This document shows positions 16,770 through 26,262 of a DNA stretch of 34,324 nt, one piece after another. The number at the start of each line of letters is the position of its first letter. The stretch's first letter is position 1. The stretch is from a virus (lineage: Duplodnaviria; Caudoviricetes). The notes beneath the pieces are model-generated. The model saw only the letters and a list, made by a program, of their open reading frames with translations. It did not search any database and was not told where the DNA came from. The position numbers and the translations under genes are program-made. The DNA lies in IMG/VR virus record IMGVR_UViG_3300036794_000068, positions 1 to 34,324 of that record, one strand, 5' to 3'.

Positions 16770-17195
16770 ATGGTTGCAAGTAATCAAAAAACGCAATACA
16801 CCACCTATTATAATTCGAAAGATGCTTTTTTATTCATTAATAACGTGGAAATCAATGCTTTTGCAGAAGGGGAAATGTTCGGTATCACTTTCCCAAATGA
16901 CCGTCAGACATTGGGTGTTGACGCAAAAGGGACAGGGTATTTTGTTCAGAATAATGACCGCCGTGCAAACTTGACTGTCAATTTGTCAGAGGTTTCTGTT
17001 GATAATTCAATGCTTACTGACATTCTAAATGCAAGTAAGCCAGTTCCTATTAAGATGGTTCATAATAACGAAAGCTGGACTGGAATGGGGCTTCCTCAAA
17101 AAGCGCCAGACGCTCATTTTTCAAATACCGCTAATGCTCGCAGTTGGGTATTCTTGATGCCAAGCTGTACTTATGCTAATGGCAACAAATCATAA
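16770..17195 (+). CDS. Tail tube protein (DUF3277-like)
   Basis: Y.SKD....NNVEI..FAEG, GVDAKG, ARSWVF; follows the sheath. Confidence 0.8.
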   Translation: MVASNQKTQYTTYYNSKDAFLFINNVEINAFAEGEMFGITFPNDRQTLGVDAKGTGYFVQNNDRRANLTVNLSEVSVDNSMLTDILNASKPVPIKMVHNNESWTGMGLPQKAPDAHFSNTANARSWVFLMPSCTYANGNKS

Positions 17196-17213
17196 ATCGA
17201 GGAGAAATTCATC

Positions 17214-17711
17214 ATGCCAACACAAGAAAATCAAAATTTCGGAGTCCTAGAAGATTTACCGACATATCCAAACACACAGGAAAGTTTCACAGAGGCGTTT
17301 GGACAAAAGCAACTCAAAGGTAACCTTCCTGCTGCAGAATTAGTATCAGCTGTTGATACAGAACCTGCACAATATGATCCTGCACTTGCTCAGTATCGTG
17401 AAATGATTAAAACACGAGGAGAAAATGGACGGCTGCTTGGTCAGGTAAAAGAAGTTGAAATTCAAGGGGAAACATTTATCTTTGGTCATCCTGGTCTCAA
17501 AGAGGCAATGGGGACTGCAGCTTCTGCACTTGATGGAGTTGCGCTCGTTTATAATACACCTTATGTTTCAAAATTGTTGAAGCAAGTCGTGCGTTACCCA
17601 AAAGAAATTTCAGTCAAAGGGCTTGATTATTTTGACGAACACCCAAAACTTTTTGTGGAGGTTGTGGTCGAAGCCGATAAATTTCTTAACAAGTATCTTG
17701 GAAGCGAGTGA
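17214..17711 (+). CDS. Tail assembly chaperone
   Basis: Between tube and tape measure; GGAG RBS. Confidence 0.7.
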   Translation: MPTQENQNFGVLEDLPTYPNTQESFTEAFGQKQLKGNLPAAELVSAVDTEPAQYDPALAQYREMIKTRGENGRLLGQVKEVEIQGETFIFGHPGLKEAMGTAASALDGVALVYNTPYVSKLLKQVVRYPKEISVKGLDYFDEHPKLFVEVVVEADKFLNKYLGSE

Positions 17712-17892
17712 GACGGAACAAGATTTTGAAACACGCTATGAAGATGAGTTTCAAATTGAATTTCCTGTAATGATGGGACTTGCGACGCGTGAAGAAATGA
17801 ACCAAATGACAGTTAATGAAGTCAAATATAAAAATTATTTGGCAAAACAACTTTACAAGTTGCAACACCCAGATTTAATGGAGGAGGATTAA
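17683..17892 (+). CDS. Second tail-chaperone reading frame, probably reached by frameshift
   Basis: Open +1 frame with no RBS-backed start, ending just before the tape measure. Confidence 0.5.
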   Translation, partial: FLTSILEASETEQDFETRYEDEFQIEFPVMMGLATREEMNQMTVNEVKYKNYLAKQLYKLQHPDLMEED

Positions 17893-17898
17893 GGTAAA

Positions 17899-20800
17899 AT
17901 GGCTGATGTAAGAAATTTATCAATTGGCGTTGCGTTCGATGTTAATGACAATGCATTATCAAAGATAGACGACCGTTTCAGCCGCCTTATCCAGAGTGCC
18001 AAAACAATGGATGCCGCTGCAAGTGCTGGATTCTTAAAAGTTACAGAAGGAGCGAACAAAAGTGCCGCTGCAACTAAGGAAGTCGGCACAGCAGCAGAGA
18101 AAACGAGCTCACAAGTAAAAGCAGTTGGTGAGGCGGGGACGTCTATTGGTTCTGGCATTGTGGATGGGGCTAACAAAGCAACAAGTGCTCTAACCAAACC
18201 TTTATCTCGTGTAGATGAGTTGAAGGCTTCTTTAAAATTAGCTGGAGACAGCGGAAAATTGATTGGAACTGGTGTAGATTCTGGGGTTACAAAAGCTACA
18301 TCAGGACTTCAAAAACTCATTGATAAAGCAAAAACGGTAAAATCTGCTTTTGGCTCAATTGGTTCTGGTCTTCAAAATGCAGGGAAAGCTGCAGGCTTTG
18401 GCTATAATGGCGAAAGCGAAAATAAAATTGCAGGTGCTGTCAAAGAATCAGCAGCAATGTTTGCTCCAGGGTTCTTGATTGCCAATGGCGTGATGGCTGG
18501 TGCTGAAAAGGTCAAAGAAGCATTCAAAAAAGGTTATGAATATACTTCTGAACAATCTGGACTTAGCGGAACGTGGAAAACGCTTGTTGATGGTGCGACA
18601 AGTGAGGGAGTAAGTACAAAGCAAGCAGGTTCTGCAGGCGGAATTACAAACATGATTAACAATCAGGCACGAGAAAATGCACGTAGCCTTGATTTAGTTA
18701 ATGAAGCCAGCCAACAAACGTATCATGCGACAGACAGTTCGGCACGGACAAGCCACTTGGTACAGAGCGAGTTACGTATTGCGGACGCAATGGGACTATC
18801 AGATGATCAGGCAAAGAATTTTGCGATTACTGGTGTAGGCCATGCAATGGATCTCGGCAAGGTTTCAAGTCAAAGTATGAACATCATGAGTTTGTACTCT
18901 CCTGCCGTAAAATATGCTCTTGCTCGTGAGTTGGCAGCCAAAGATAAGAATGAAGATATTTCCAAGGTCAGTGAGGAAGACCAAAAAGAATACGCACAAA
19001 AGCTCGGGGGTAAAAAAGGATTGCTCGCTCAAGGAGCTGTAAGCTCCGCGGACTTGGAAAAGGCTGTCAATTATCTTGGAGATACTAAATTTAAAGACGC
19101 AGCAAAGAATGCAATGTCAACCTTGCCGGGGATGGCACGTTCAGTTGAAAATGGTATTCCTCGGATTATGTCAGGCTTTGAAAATGGTTTGATGAAACCA
19201 ATGGCGAGTTGGGGAAATAACATTTTTGGGAAAGTTGCGACATGGTTCAATAGCGCAGATTCACAAAAAGAGGCAGAAAAATTCGGGGGAAATCTCTCAA
19301 AAGTAACCCAATCTATTTTTGACAATGCAACAAAGATTGGTACTGCGTTAGCACCGTTTGCAGCAGGATTCGGGAACGGATTAAAAAACGGGGTCAAAGA
19401 TTTACAAGGTGCATGGAAAACGGTCAGTGGAATTTTTAGTGATATTGGGAAAAAACTCAGTGGTATTATTTCAGGCAATCCAGTGCTAAACAGTTTGTTT
19501 GGGGAAACCAAAACAAATGGTAAAGTTGTTAATAACGGCCAAACAACATTAAAAAAAGTTGGAGATGTCGCAGGGGTTGCAACGGTTATTGGACTTGCAA
19601 CCCAACTCTCCACAAAATTGCCCCTAATTGGTGGACCACTTCAAAAATTACTTGATATTGCTGGCCATTTTACTAAATTAGATAAAGTTCCTGTGATTAA
19701 GGAATTATTTTCTGGTAAAAACCCTTTTTCGGGTAAAGACAAAGCATTGGATACTAATACGGTAGCTTTGGACAGATTGACTGCTACAATAGGCAAACAA
19801 CCTGCAGCAGGCGGACTTGAAGATAAAGTGACAAAAGAAGGGGAAAGCGTTACAAAAAAGGGGGAAAGCGTTACAAAAAAAGGGGAAAGCGTTACAAAAA
19901 AGGGGGAAAGCGTTACAAAAAAGGGGGCTAAATATGAAGCTGCTGCCGCAAAATACGAATCTAAAGTTGTGAAATACGGCAAGGATAGCAAACAGGCACT
20001 CAAAGCTCAAAAATCTCTAAATAAATACAAAGGAAAAGCCGGAGCGGAAGCTGATAAATTATCTACAAAAGCTGCCAATCGAATGGCTAAAGATGAAGCA
20101 CGTTATGGCGAGGGAAATTATTCTAAGCGGACTTTGAAGTCAAAAGCTAAGGCAGAAACAGCACTATCCAAAGTTGACAGCATAGGACAGCGTGTTTCAA
20201 GCGTAGAATCCAAAGCTAAGGGACTGACTTATAAAGGCGCTCGCTCAGCTGAAGGAGTTGTTGGTAAACTCACTCATTTTGGCGGAGGAGCAAAAGGGGT
20301 ATTTGGCAAACTTGGTTCTATTGGTGGTAAAGCTGCCAATCTCTTTCTGGGAGATGGTGGAGAAGCACTTGGGAAAAGTGCTGGATTGCTTGGGAAAGTA
20401 AAAGGTTTAGCTAAAGGAAGCGGGCTCCTTGGCATTGGATTGAATGCTGTAGATTTATTTAGCGCCTTTTCTCAAAAACCAGGAACCGCACGAAACAAGG
20501 CTGTTGGAGGATCAGTTGGTGGAATAGCAGGAGGAGCAATTGGCGGTGCGTTAGGAAGCTTGCTTGGCCCCGTCGGCACAATGGTCGGAGGCATGGCGGG
20601 AAATGCGGTCGGCAATTGGGTTGGTGGAAAGATTGGCGGGAGTAAATTCGGCAGTACTGTTGCTAAGAATGTTGGCTCATTTGGCAAAACGGTTGGGAAA
20701 GATTTCAACGGATTCAAGAAATGGGCAGGTCAAGACCACCTCAAAGGTGTCGGTGATTCGGTTAAAAAAGGCTTGTCAGGATTTGGCAAGTCTTCGCAAA

Positions 20801-22041
20801 AAGATTTCAATATGGCACGTAAAGGCGTTGACCAATTTGCTTCAACACTGAAAAAAGTTCCAATCATTGGAAAGCTTGCTGCACACAATATTGAAGCGAT
20901 TAACCATCCAGTTAAAACTATGCAAAATAACCTAAAAGCTTCGAAATCAGTGGTTAAAGGTGTTGGTATAGGTTTCGACAATATTGGTAAAGGTGCAAAA
21001 TCCGCATTCAATAAAGTTTCTAGTGCTGTTACTAGCGGTATGGGCAAAGCTAAAAGTACTGCTAGCAAAGAAGCCAAGAATATTGGTAGTGCAGTCAATA
21101 CTGGTCTGAGTAAAGTTGGAAGTAGTGCAAAATCCGCATTCAATAATGTATCCAGCAACATTGGTTCTGGATTAAATAAGGGGGTTTCTGTTGCAAAAGA
21201 TGGGGCTTCAAAAATCAAAATAGGGATTTCCAGCGGATTAAAGGCAACTGAAAGTGTTGCTAAAACAGCTATGTCAGCGTTCGGTTCGGCATTTGATTCT
21301 GGAATGAGTAAAGCCAAGTCTCTTGCCTCTAAAGGTGTTGATGGCATAAAATCAGTGGTCAAATCGGGAATGGATATGGTCAAATCAGCGGTTGATATTG
21401 GTGTCAATGCATTCAATAAATTTGGAAGTGTCGTTTCTGGAATCATTGGCAGTGTAAAATCAGCAGTTTCAGGCTTGGCAAATGCGATTGGCAATGAATT
21501 CAAAAAGATTGCTTCTTCCCTTGGCGGTATCCACCTCCCCCATTTAGCAAGTGGGACAATTGGTGCAAAATCTGCATTCAATAGCAGAGGAATTCGAGCT
21601 TATGCTTCTGGTGGTGCTCATCCGGGAGGGCTTGCCAAAGTCAATGATGCGGCAGGCTCAGTATGGCAGGAAGCTTTCATGCTTCCCAACGGTTTGGTCG
21701 GATTGTTTCCTAAAAAGCGGGATATGGTCGTTCCACTTCCTGCGGGGACACAAGTACTTGACGCAGTATCTACACATAAAAAATTTGGTAATGCTTATGC
21801 AGAAGGGACCCCTGGGGCATCTCAAGTATTTGATAAACTCATGTCCAAAAATTCATTGGCAAGTTCATCAAATAGGACTACTATTCAAAACAAAAATGGA
21901 ATCTCTATTGAGATTTCACCTCGGTTTAATATCACGGGGACATTTGGAACGAATCAAGACCAAATCCAAAAACAGGTGCTTGCTATTGTAAAACCATTCT
22001 TAGAGATGATGGCACAAACGTTACAGGCAAAATTGGCATAG
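17899..22041 (+). CDS. Tape measure protein
   Basis: 1380 aa Ala/Gly/Lys-rich, amphipathic repeats, Gly-rich hydrophobic segment, position after chaperones. Confidence 0.92.
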   Translation: MADVRNLSIGVAFDVNDNALSKIDDRFSRLIQSAKTMDAAASAGFLKVTEGANKSAAATKEVGTAAEKTSSQVKAVGEAGTSIGSGIVDGANKATSALTKPLSRVDELKASLKLAGDSGKLIGTGVDSGVTKATSGLQKLIDKAKTVKSAFGSIGSGLQNAGKAAGFGYNGESENKIAGAVKESAAMFAPGFLIANGVMAGAEKVKEAFKKGYEYTSEQSGLSGTWKTLVDGATSEGVSTKQAGSAGGITNMINNQARENARSLDLVNEASQQTYHATDSSARTSHLVQSELRIADAMGLSDDQAKNFAITGVGHAMDLGKVSSQSMNIMSLYSPAVKYALARELAAKDKNEDISKVSEEDQKEYAQKLGGKKGLLAQGAVSSADLEKAVNYLGDTKFKDAAKNAMSTLPGMARSVENGIPRIMSGFENGLMKPMASWGNNIFGKVATWFNSADSQKEAEKFGGNLSKVTQSIFDNATKIGTALAPFAAGFGNGLKNGVKDLQGAWKTVSGIFSDIGKKLSGIISGNPVLNSLFGETKTNGKVVNNGQTTLKKVGDVAGVATVIGLATQLSTKLPLIGGPLQKLLDIAGHFTKLDKVPVIKELFSGKNPFSGKDKALDTNTVALDRLTATIGKQPAAGGLEDKVTKEGESVTKKGESVTKKGESVTKKGESVTKKGAKYEAAAAKYESKVVKYGKDSKQALKAQKSLNKYKGKAGAEADKLSTKAANRMAKDEARYGEGNYSKRTLKSKAKAETALSKVDSIGQRVSSVESKAKGLTYKGARSAEGVVGKLTHFGGGAKGVFGKLGSIGGKAANLFLGDGGEALGKSAGLLGKVKGLAKGSGLLGIGLNAVDLFSAFSQKPGTARNKAVGGSVGGIAGGAIGGALGSLLGPVGTMVGGMAGNAVGNWVGGKIGGSKFGSTVAKNVGSFGKTVGKDFNGFKKWAGQDHLKGVGDSVKKGLSGFGKSSQKDFNMARKGVDQFASTLKKVPIIGKLAAHNIEAINHPVKTMQNNLKASKSVVKGVGIGFDNIGKGAKSAFNKVSSAVTSGMGKAKSTASKEAKNIGSAVNTGLSKVGSSAKSAFNNVSSNIGSGLNKGVSVAKDGASKIKIGISSGLKATESVAKTAMSAFGSAFDSGMSKAKSLASKGVDGIKSVVKSGMDMVKSAVDIGVNAFNKFGSVVSGIIGSVKSAVSGLANAIGNEFKKIASSLGGIHLPHLASGTIGAKSAFNSRGIRAYASGGAHPGGLAKVNDAAGSVWQEAFMLPNGLVGLFPKKRDMVVPLPAGTQVLDAVSTHKKFGNAYAEGTPGASQVFDKLMSKNSLASSSNRTTIQNKNGISIEISPRFNITGTFGTNQDQIQKQVLAIVKPFLEMMAQTLQAKLA
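19840..19923 (+). repeat. 21-bp tandem repeat x4 (GESVTKK)
   Basis: GGGGAAAGCGTTACAAAAAAR at 19840, 19861, 19882, 19903. Confidence 0.95.
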
Positions 22042-22053
22042 TGAGGAAAAAAT

Positions 22054-22635
22054 ATGGGACTTAATCAACATAACGTTGGCTCTTTGCTAACTGATGGAAA
22101 ACAAAAAGTATATATCGCCAGTGATCAAGAAGACCGCACGAGAGCTTCCAATGTTGCACAGAATCCAGTTGAAGATGGCTCAGCAATCACTGACCATATT
22201 TCACTTAATTCAGATACAGGTCAAATTTCGGGTAATTTACTCGGTGACGGCGGTGTAAATAAAGATGCGCAGGATTATTTGGCAATTCTTGAAAAATGGC
22301 AAAATCAAGGGACACAATTAAAATATTATGGTCGCTATTTTTTAAATCCAATTGTAATTAGTAATGTTAGTCAAACTTTTGACCAAACGCTTAATGCCGT
22401 TAAAATCACGCTAAACTGGACAGTTTTGCATATTGTGCCCGCTCCTTCGCAAGCAGCTGTGGCAGTAAAGAAGCCTGTTGCTTCAGCTAATAACGGAACT
22501 TATGTGACCGTAGTTGCAGGGAACACTTATTGGGGATGGATGATGAAATATGGGACTTCTATTGCCCAGCTTGAATCGTGGAACAAATGGCCAGCAACGC
22601 TAATCCCAATCGGTGCGAAAGCGAGGGTAAAATAA
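22054..22635 (+). CDS. Tail tube initiator/baseplate protein with C-terminal LysM
   Basis: NPVEDGSAITDHI motif; YVTVVAGNTYWG..KYGTSIAQLESWN LysM. Confidence 0.82.
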   Translation: MGLNQHNVGSLLTDGKQKVYIASDQEDRTRASNVAQNPVEDGSAITDHISLNSDTGQISGNLLGDGGVNKDAQDYLAILEKWQNQGTQLKYYGRYFLNPIVISNVSQTFDQTLNAVKITLNWTVLHIVPAPSQAAVAVKKPVASANNGTYVTVVAGNTYWGWMMKYGTSIAQLESWNKWPATLIPIGAKARVK

Positions 22636-22979
22636 TGGCTTTACGTTCATATATTCCAATTGATAAAAATAATTTACCTGAACAATTTGAATTTCCTTTT
22701 GGGAATGAAATTTTTGTGATTGGCGTTAATTATAATCAAAGCCAGAGCTATTTTACGATTGATTTATTTCAAGTGGATTTAACGCCAATCATCATTGGCG
22801 AAAAAATCACTGCAAATTGTCCGCTTTGGTCAGATTTCACAGACCCTCGATTGCCGCTTGAAACCATAGTTCCGATGGTGGAGAGTGCACCGGATACTCC
22901 AATAACATTCGATAATTTTGGTGTAACGGCTCAACTTTTCATTGATAATCTTGCACCAAGTCAAAATGGAGGTTCATGA
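22635..22979 (+). CDS. Small baseplate protein (start reassigned to ATG 22635)
   Basis: GAGGG RBS; YIPIDK..LPEQF, YN....YFTIDL. Confidence 0.7.
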   Translation: MALRSYIPIDKNNLPEQFEFPFGNEIFVIGVNYNQSQSYFTIDLFQVDLTPIIIGEKITANCPLWSDFTDPRLPLETIVPMVESAPDTPITFDNFGVTAQLFIDNLAPSQNGGS

Positions 22980-23815
22980 TGGCCAATCAATTTCTTGGAC
23001 GGGTAAGGCTTACGATTACAACTAATGGAAAAAAATCAGTTTGGGAATATGGACCAGCAGGTCTTGTCAAAAATTCAATCATGATTCAATTTTCGGCTCC
23101 GTTCAGTCATGATAATACACCATCAGTGATTACACTAGATCTTTACAATATCAGTCCTAACACGCAGAATTTTATTAGAAAAGGTTCAACTGTCATTTTA
23201 GAAGCGGGCTATGCTACAGATTTAGGTGTGATTAGTGAAGGAACGATTAGTTATGTTTATCCTCGGACATCAGAAGGAACAGGGGACATCAAAACCTCAT
23301 TTTCTTTTCTTGAAGGCACTGATTATTCCAAAAATAAAGACATCAAGCTGTCGCTTAGTTCAGGTATTTCTGGGCTTGACGCAATTAATCGAATAGCACA
23401 AGCTTCTGGCATTACTATTTCAGAGTTAAAACTCCCAAATAGTAAAAGTTACAGCGATGGTTATTCGGTTGATGGTTCGTCAATGGATGCCATTGACCAA
23501 ATCGCTACAGATTGTGGCGCGGAGGTTTATTACAAACGTGGGCGGTTAGTCGTGAATCACTTGAAAGATACTGTAGGAACAGAACTTAGTTATGATGCAG
23601 AACATGGATTGATTGGTTATCCTCAACCGTTAGATTGGGACCCAGAAAATAATGTGAGTGGTTTTTCTGTTGAATTATTGCTCAATCATCGAATCAGTGT
23701 AGGCTCTCCAATTAAGCTTAATTCCAAATATGGAGGCGGTGGGATTTATCGGTTTCAAAATGGTACGCATTCGTTTGATGGAACGAATTTTAGAACGACA
23801 GGAGAGGTAATTTAA
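22976..23815 (+). CDS. Baseplate hub protein
   Basis: ITLDLYNIS, VILEAGY, GLIGYP motifs; synteny. Confidence 0.78.
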   Translation: MMANQFLGRVRLTITTNGKKSVWEYGPAGLVKNSIMIQFSAPFSHDNTPSVITLDLYNISPNTQNFIRKGSTVILEAGYATDLGVISEGTISYVYPRTSEGTGDIKTSFSFLEGTDYSKNKDIKLSLSSGISGLDAINRIAQASGITISELKLPNSKSYSDGYSVDGSSMDAIDQIATDCGAEVYYKRGRLVVNHLKDTVGTELSYDAEHGLIGYPQPLDWDPENNVSGFSVELLLNHRISVGSPIKLNSKYGGGGIYRFQNGTHSFDGTNFRTTGEVI

Positions 23816-24159
23816 TGGCTCACACACCAGATCCTTTGAAATCATGGGGAGCTTTATTGAATGGATTTGCGGATAAAGTTGCAGGCAATCTTCATGTCTC
23901 TGCAATTGGCTCAATTCTTTCGCTTTCGGAGAATAGGGCAGATGTTCAACTTTTAGCAAAGCTCGCGGATAATGTTTCAGTCATTCATCATTGTTATGTT
24001 TTGGACTCCATTCAAGATTTAAAAGTCGGAGATGTGGTTTTATTACTTTTCACTGATTTTCCTTTAGAAGATTTCAATGGAGAAAATCAGCCCTATCAAA
24101 TCACGGTCAGCCGGCGGCACAGTATAAATGATGCAGTAATAGTAGGGAGGTTACGTTGA
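23815..24159 (+). CDS. Baseplate spike protein, OB-fold only (Gp138/gpV N-terminal-like)
   Basis: RADVQ, LKVGDVVLLLFTD, RRHSINDAVIVG. Confidence 0.75.
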   Translation: MAHTPDPLKSWGALLNGFADKVAGNLHVSAIGSILSLSENRADVQLLAKLADNVSVIHHCYVLDSIQDLKVGDVVLLLFTDFPLEDFNGENQPYQITVSRRHSINDAVIVGRLR

Positions 24160-24512
24160 AAGATTTCAAATTGAGTGGGAATGATGTTGAAATGACTCAA
24201 GATATAATTTTAGCTGATGGGATTGACCAAGTTATCCAATCAGCACAAATTATTTTACAAACACAGCTGAATGATTTTGTCTTAGAACCTGATTTCGGGC
24301 TTGATATGACAAACATTTTTGCCAGAACAATTGTTCCTGACTTTGTAAAACGAGATATAGAAAATGCTTTGGTTAATAATTCTGATAAAATCAGCAGCAT
24401 TGAAAATATTGTTATCACACAAGATAAAGAGACGCGAGCATTAAGTGTCTCTTTTGATTTGCGCTTAAATACAGACGAAATCGTCGCATCGGAGGTACAG
24501 CTTAATGCTTGA
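24156..24512 (+). CDS. Sheath initiator/baseplate wedge (gp25/DUF2634-like)
   Basis: GGGAGG RBS, TTG start; LQTQLNDFVLEPDFGLD. Confidence 0.72.
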   Translation: MKDFKLSGNDVEMTQDIILADGIDQVIQSAQIILQTQLNDFVLEPDFGLDMTNIFARTIVPDFVKRDIENALVNNSDKISSIENIVITQDKETRALSVSFDLRLNTDEIVASEVQLNA

Positions 24513-25677
24513 TCATTCAGGATTCACAAGACGAAGTTATCAGGATATTCTTACAGAATTGATCGCACAAGCTCAAAATATGGTTGCGCCTGATATTGAA
24601 ACAGGTACAGATAGTATTTTTGGCTCAATGCTTCGTGTAATGGCTTATGAATTGGCCAAAGAAGAAGAGCAGCAAGAGGCAGTTTGGTTCAATGGTTTCA
24701 TTTCACAAGCGACTGGCATTTCACTTGACCATTTGGCGGCAAATATTGGGTTACTTCGTAATCCTGCAGCAAATGCAATGGTTACTCTTACGCTAAGCGG
24801 GAGATCAGGAACAGCTGTCCCAGAGCAGACTCTTTTCGGCACTTCCGACAATATCAATTTTTTTACGATTGAAAGTGGGGTAATTCCTAGCAATGGCGGA
24901 CTTGATACAGATGGAAAAACCGAGCTTGGCACATTAGAGCTTAATGCAGTATCAGTTGACCAAACGGCTAAGGCAAATGTTTCGGCGGGACGAATTACAC
25001 AAATTGTTGAAGCGGTCGCAGGAGTACGGTCAGTGATCAATTCTATCCCAGCAACAGGAGGGATTGAACTTGAAACCGACAATGATTTACGCAGCCGTTT
25101 AATTGATAATTATAAAAAGTCAGCAAATGGAACGATGAATTCTCTTATTACATCCGTTGAAAATGTTACTGGTGTTCAAATGGCGCAAGTCATTGTTAAT
25201 AACACAATGGAAACAGACCGCTATGGAAATGCGCCGAAATCGGTGCATTTTTACGTTGCGGGAGGATCTGATTATGATGTAGCAAATGCGATTTTTAATG
25301 CTGTGGTTGCAGGTGTTGCGACAGTTGGGAAGACTTCGGTTAATGTGCCAACTATTTCTGGAACGAGTGCACAAACGATTAATTTTGACCGACCATCGCA
25401 AAAGGTTGTAGATATTTCCGTGACACTTTTGACGAATGAAAATTTTTCAATCTCTGGAAATGAGGACGTTAAGAATGTGATTGAAAACTACATCTTGACG
25501 TTGAGAATTGGCGAAACGCTTTATATTTCCCGTTTAATTAATGCAATTTACAGTATTTCTGGGATTTCAGATGTAACAATTACATTGAATGTGGGAGGAG
25601 TGCCAGAAACAGGAACATCAGTTGTCCCTGAACAATTTGAATACATTGTCTCAGGAGATGTGGGGGTAAGTGAATGA
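24505..25677 (+). CDS. Baseplate J/gp47-like wedge protein
   Basis: ATGISLDHLAANIGLLR, GGIELETDNDLRSR, YVAGG. Confidence 0.9.
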   Translation: MLDHSGFTRRSYQDILTELIAQAQNMVAPDIETGTDSIFGSMLRVMAYELAKEEEQQEAVWFNGFISQATGISLDHLAANIGLLRNPAANAMVTLTLSGRSGTAVPEQTLFGTSDNINFFTIESGVIPSNGGLDTDGKTELGTLELNAVSVDQTAKANVSAGRITQIVEAVAGVRSVINSIPATGGIELETDNDLRSRLIDNYKKSANGTMNSLITSVENVTGVQMAQVIVNNTMETDRYGNAPKSVHFYVAGGSDYDVANAIFNAVVAGVATVGKTSVNVPTISGTSAQTINFDRPSQKVVDISVTLLTNENFSISGNEDVKNVIENYILTLRIGETLYISRLINAIYSISGISDVTITLNVGGVPETGTSVVPEQFEYIVSGDVGVSE

Positions 25678-26261
25678 CGTCAATTACAGATGAAATGGTT
25701 GCCATGCTCCCCTTTCAGTTTAATAAATCTCCAACAGGAAATATTTACAAAATATTAGATTTATTCGGTGCTCAGCTTGCAAAAATCTCAAATGCAACAG
25801 GTCTTATCTCTGATTTTAAAGATTTCAGTCAGGCAACAGGAGCAACACTTGATGCAATTGGCAATGAGTATGGAGTGGCACGTCCGAGCACTAATGATAC
25901 GTTTTATCGTTTTATCATCAAATCTCATATTGAAATGAGTTTGAGAGTGGGAACGATTAATGAACTCATTCAAGTGTTAGCTGATACAAGCGGTTTGTCT
26001 CTTTCTTCGTTTGATGTCCAAAATGGGAGTGAACCTTTGTCGGTTCGTGTTAATAATATCCCGACGGCTTTATCGCCAGATGAAAATCAACGTAATATTG
26101 TGATTTCTTGGATTGAAAATGCACTTCCTGCAGGCGTTCGGCTTGAAGCTATTTCTTTTCGTGAAGCAAGTTCAAGTGAAATCGCAATTGGCGCAGTTAT
26201 TGAACAATCACAATGGTTTAGTTCGCCAGTTTCAACTATGAATGTACCGGGGGTAATATAA
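25674..26261 (+). CDS. Baseplate wedge protein (P2 gpI-like position)
   Basis: ATGATLDAIGNEYGVAR, LPAGVR; follows baseplate J. Confidence 0.75.
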   Translation: MTSITDEMVAMLPFQFNKSPTGNIYKILDLFGAQLAKISNATGLISDFKDFSQATGATLDAIGNEYGVARPSTNDTFYRFIIKSHIEMSLRVGTINELIQVLADTSGLSLSSFDVQNGSEPLSVRVNNIPTALSPDENQRNIVISWIENALPAGVRLEAISFREASSSEIAIGAVIEQSQWFSSPVSTMNVPGVI

Positions 26262-26262
26262 T

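Noticed and set aside
19840-19923. CRISPR-like array
   Set aside because: Contiguous in-frame repeats with no spacers and no cas genes
19071-21581. Long minus-strand ORFs (180 aa, 283 aa and others) opposite the tape measure gene
   Set aside because: Antisense shadows of a biased-codon gene; no RBS or recognisable motifs. The same applies to shadows opposite baseplate J and the fibre
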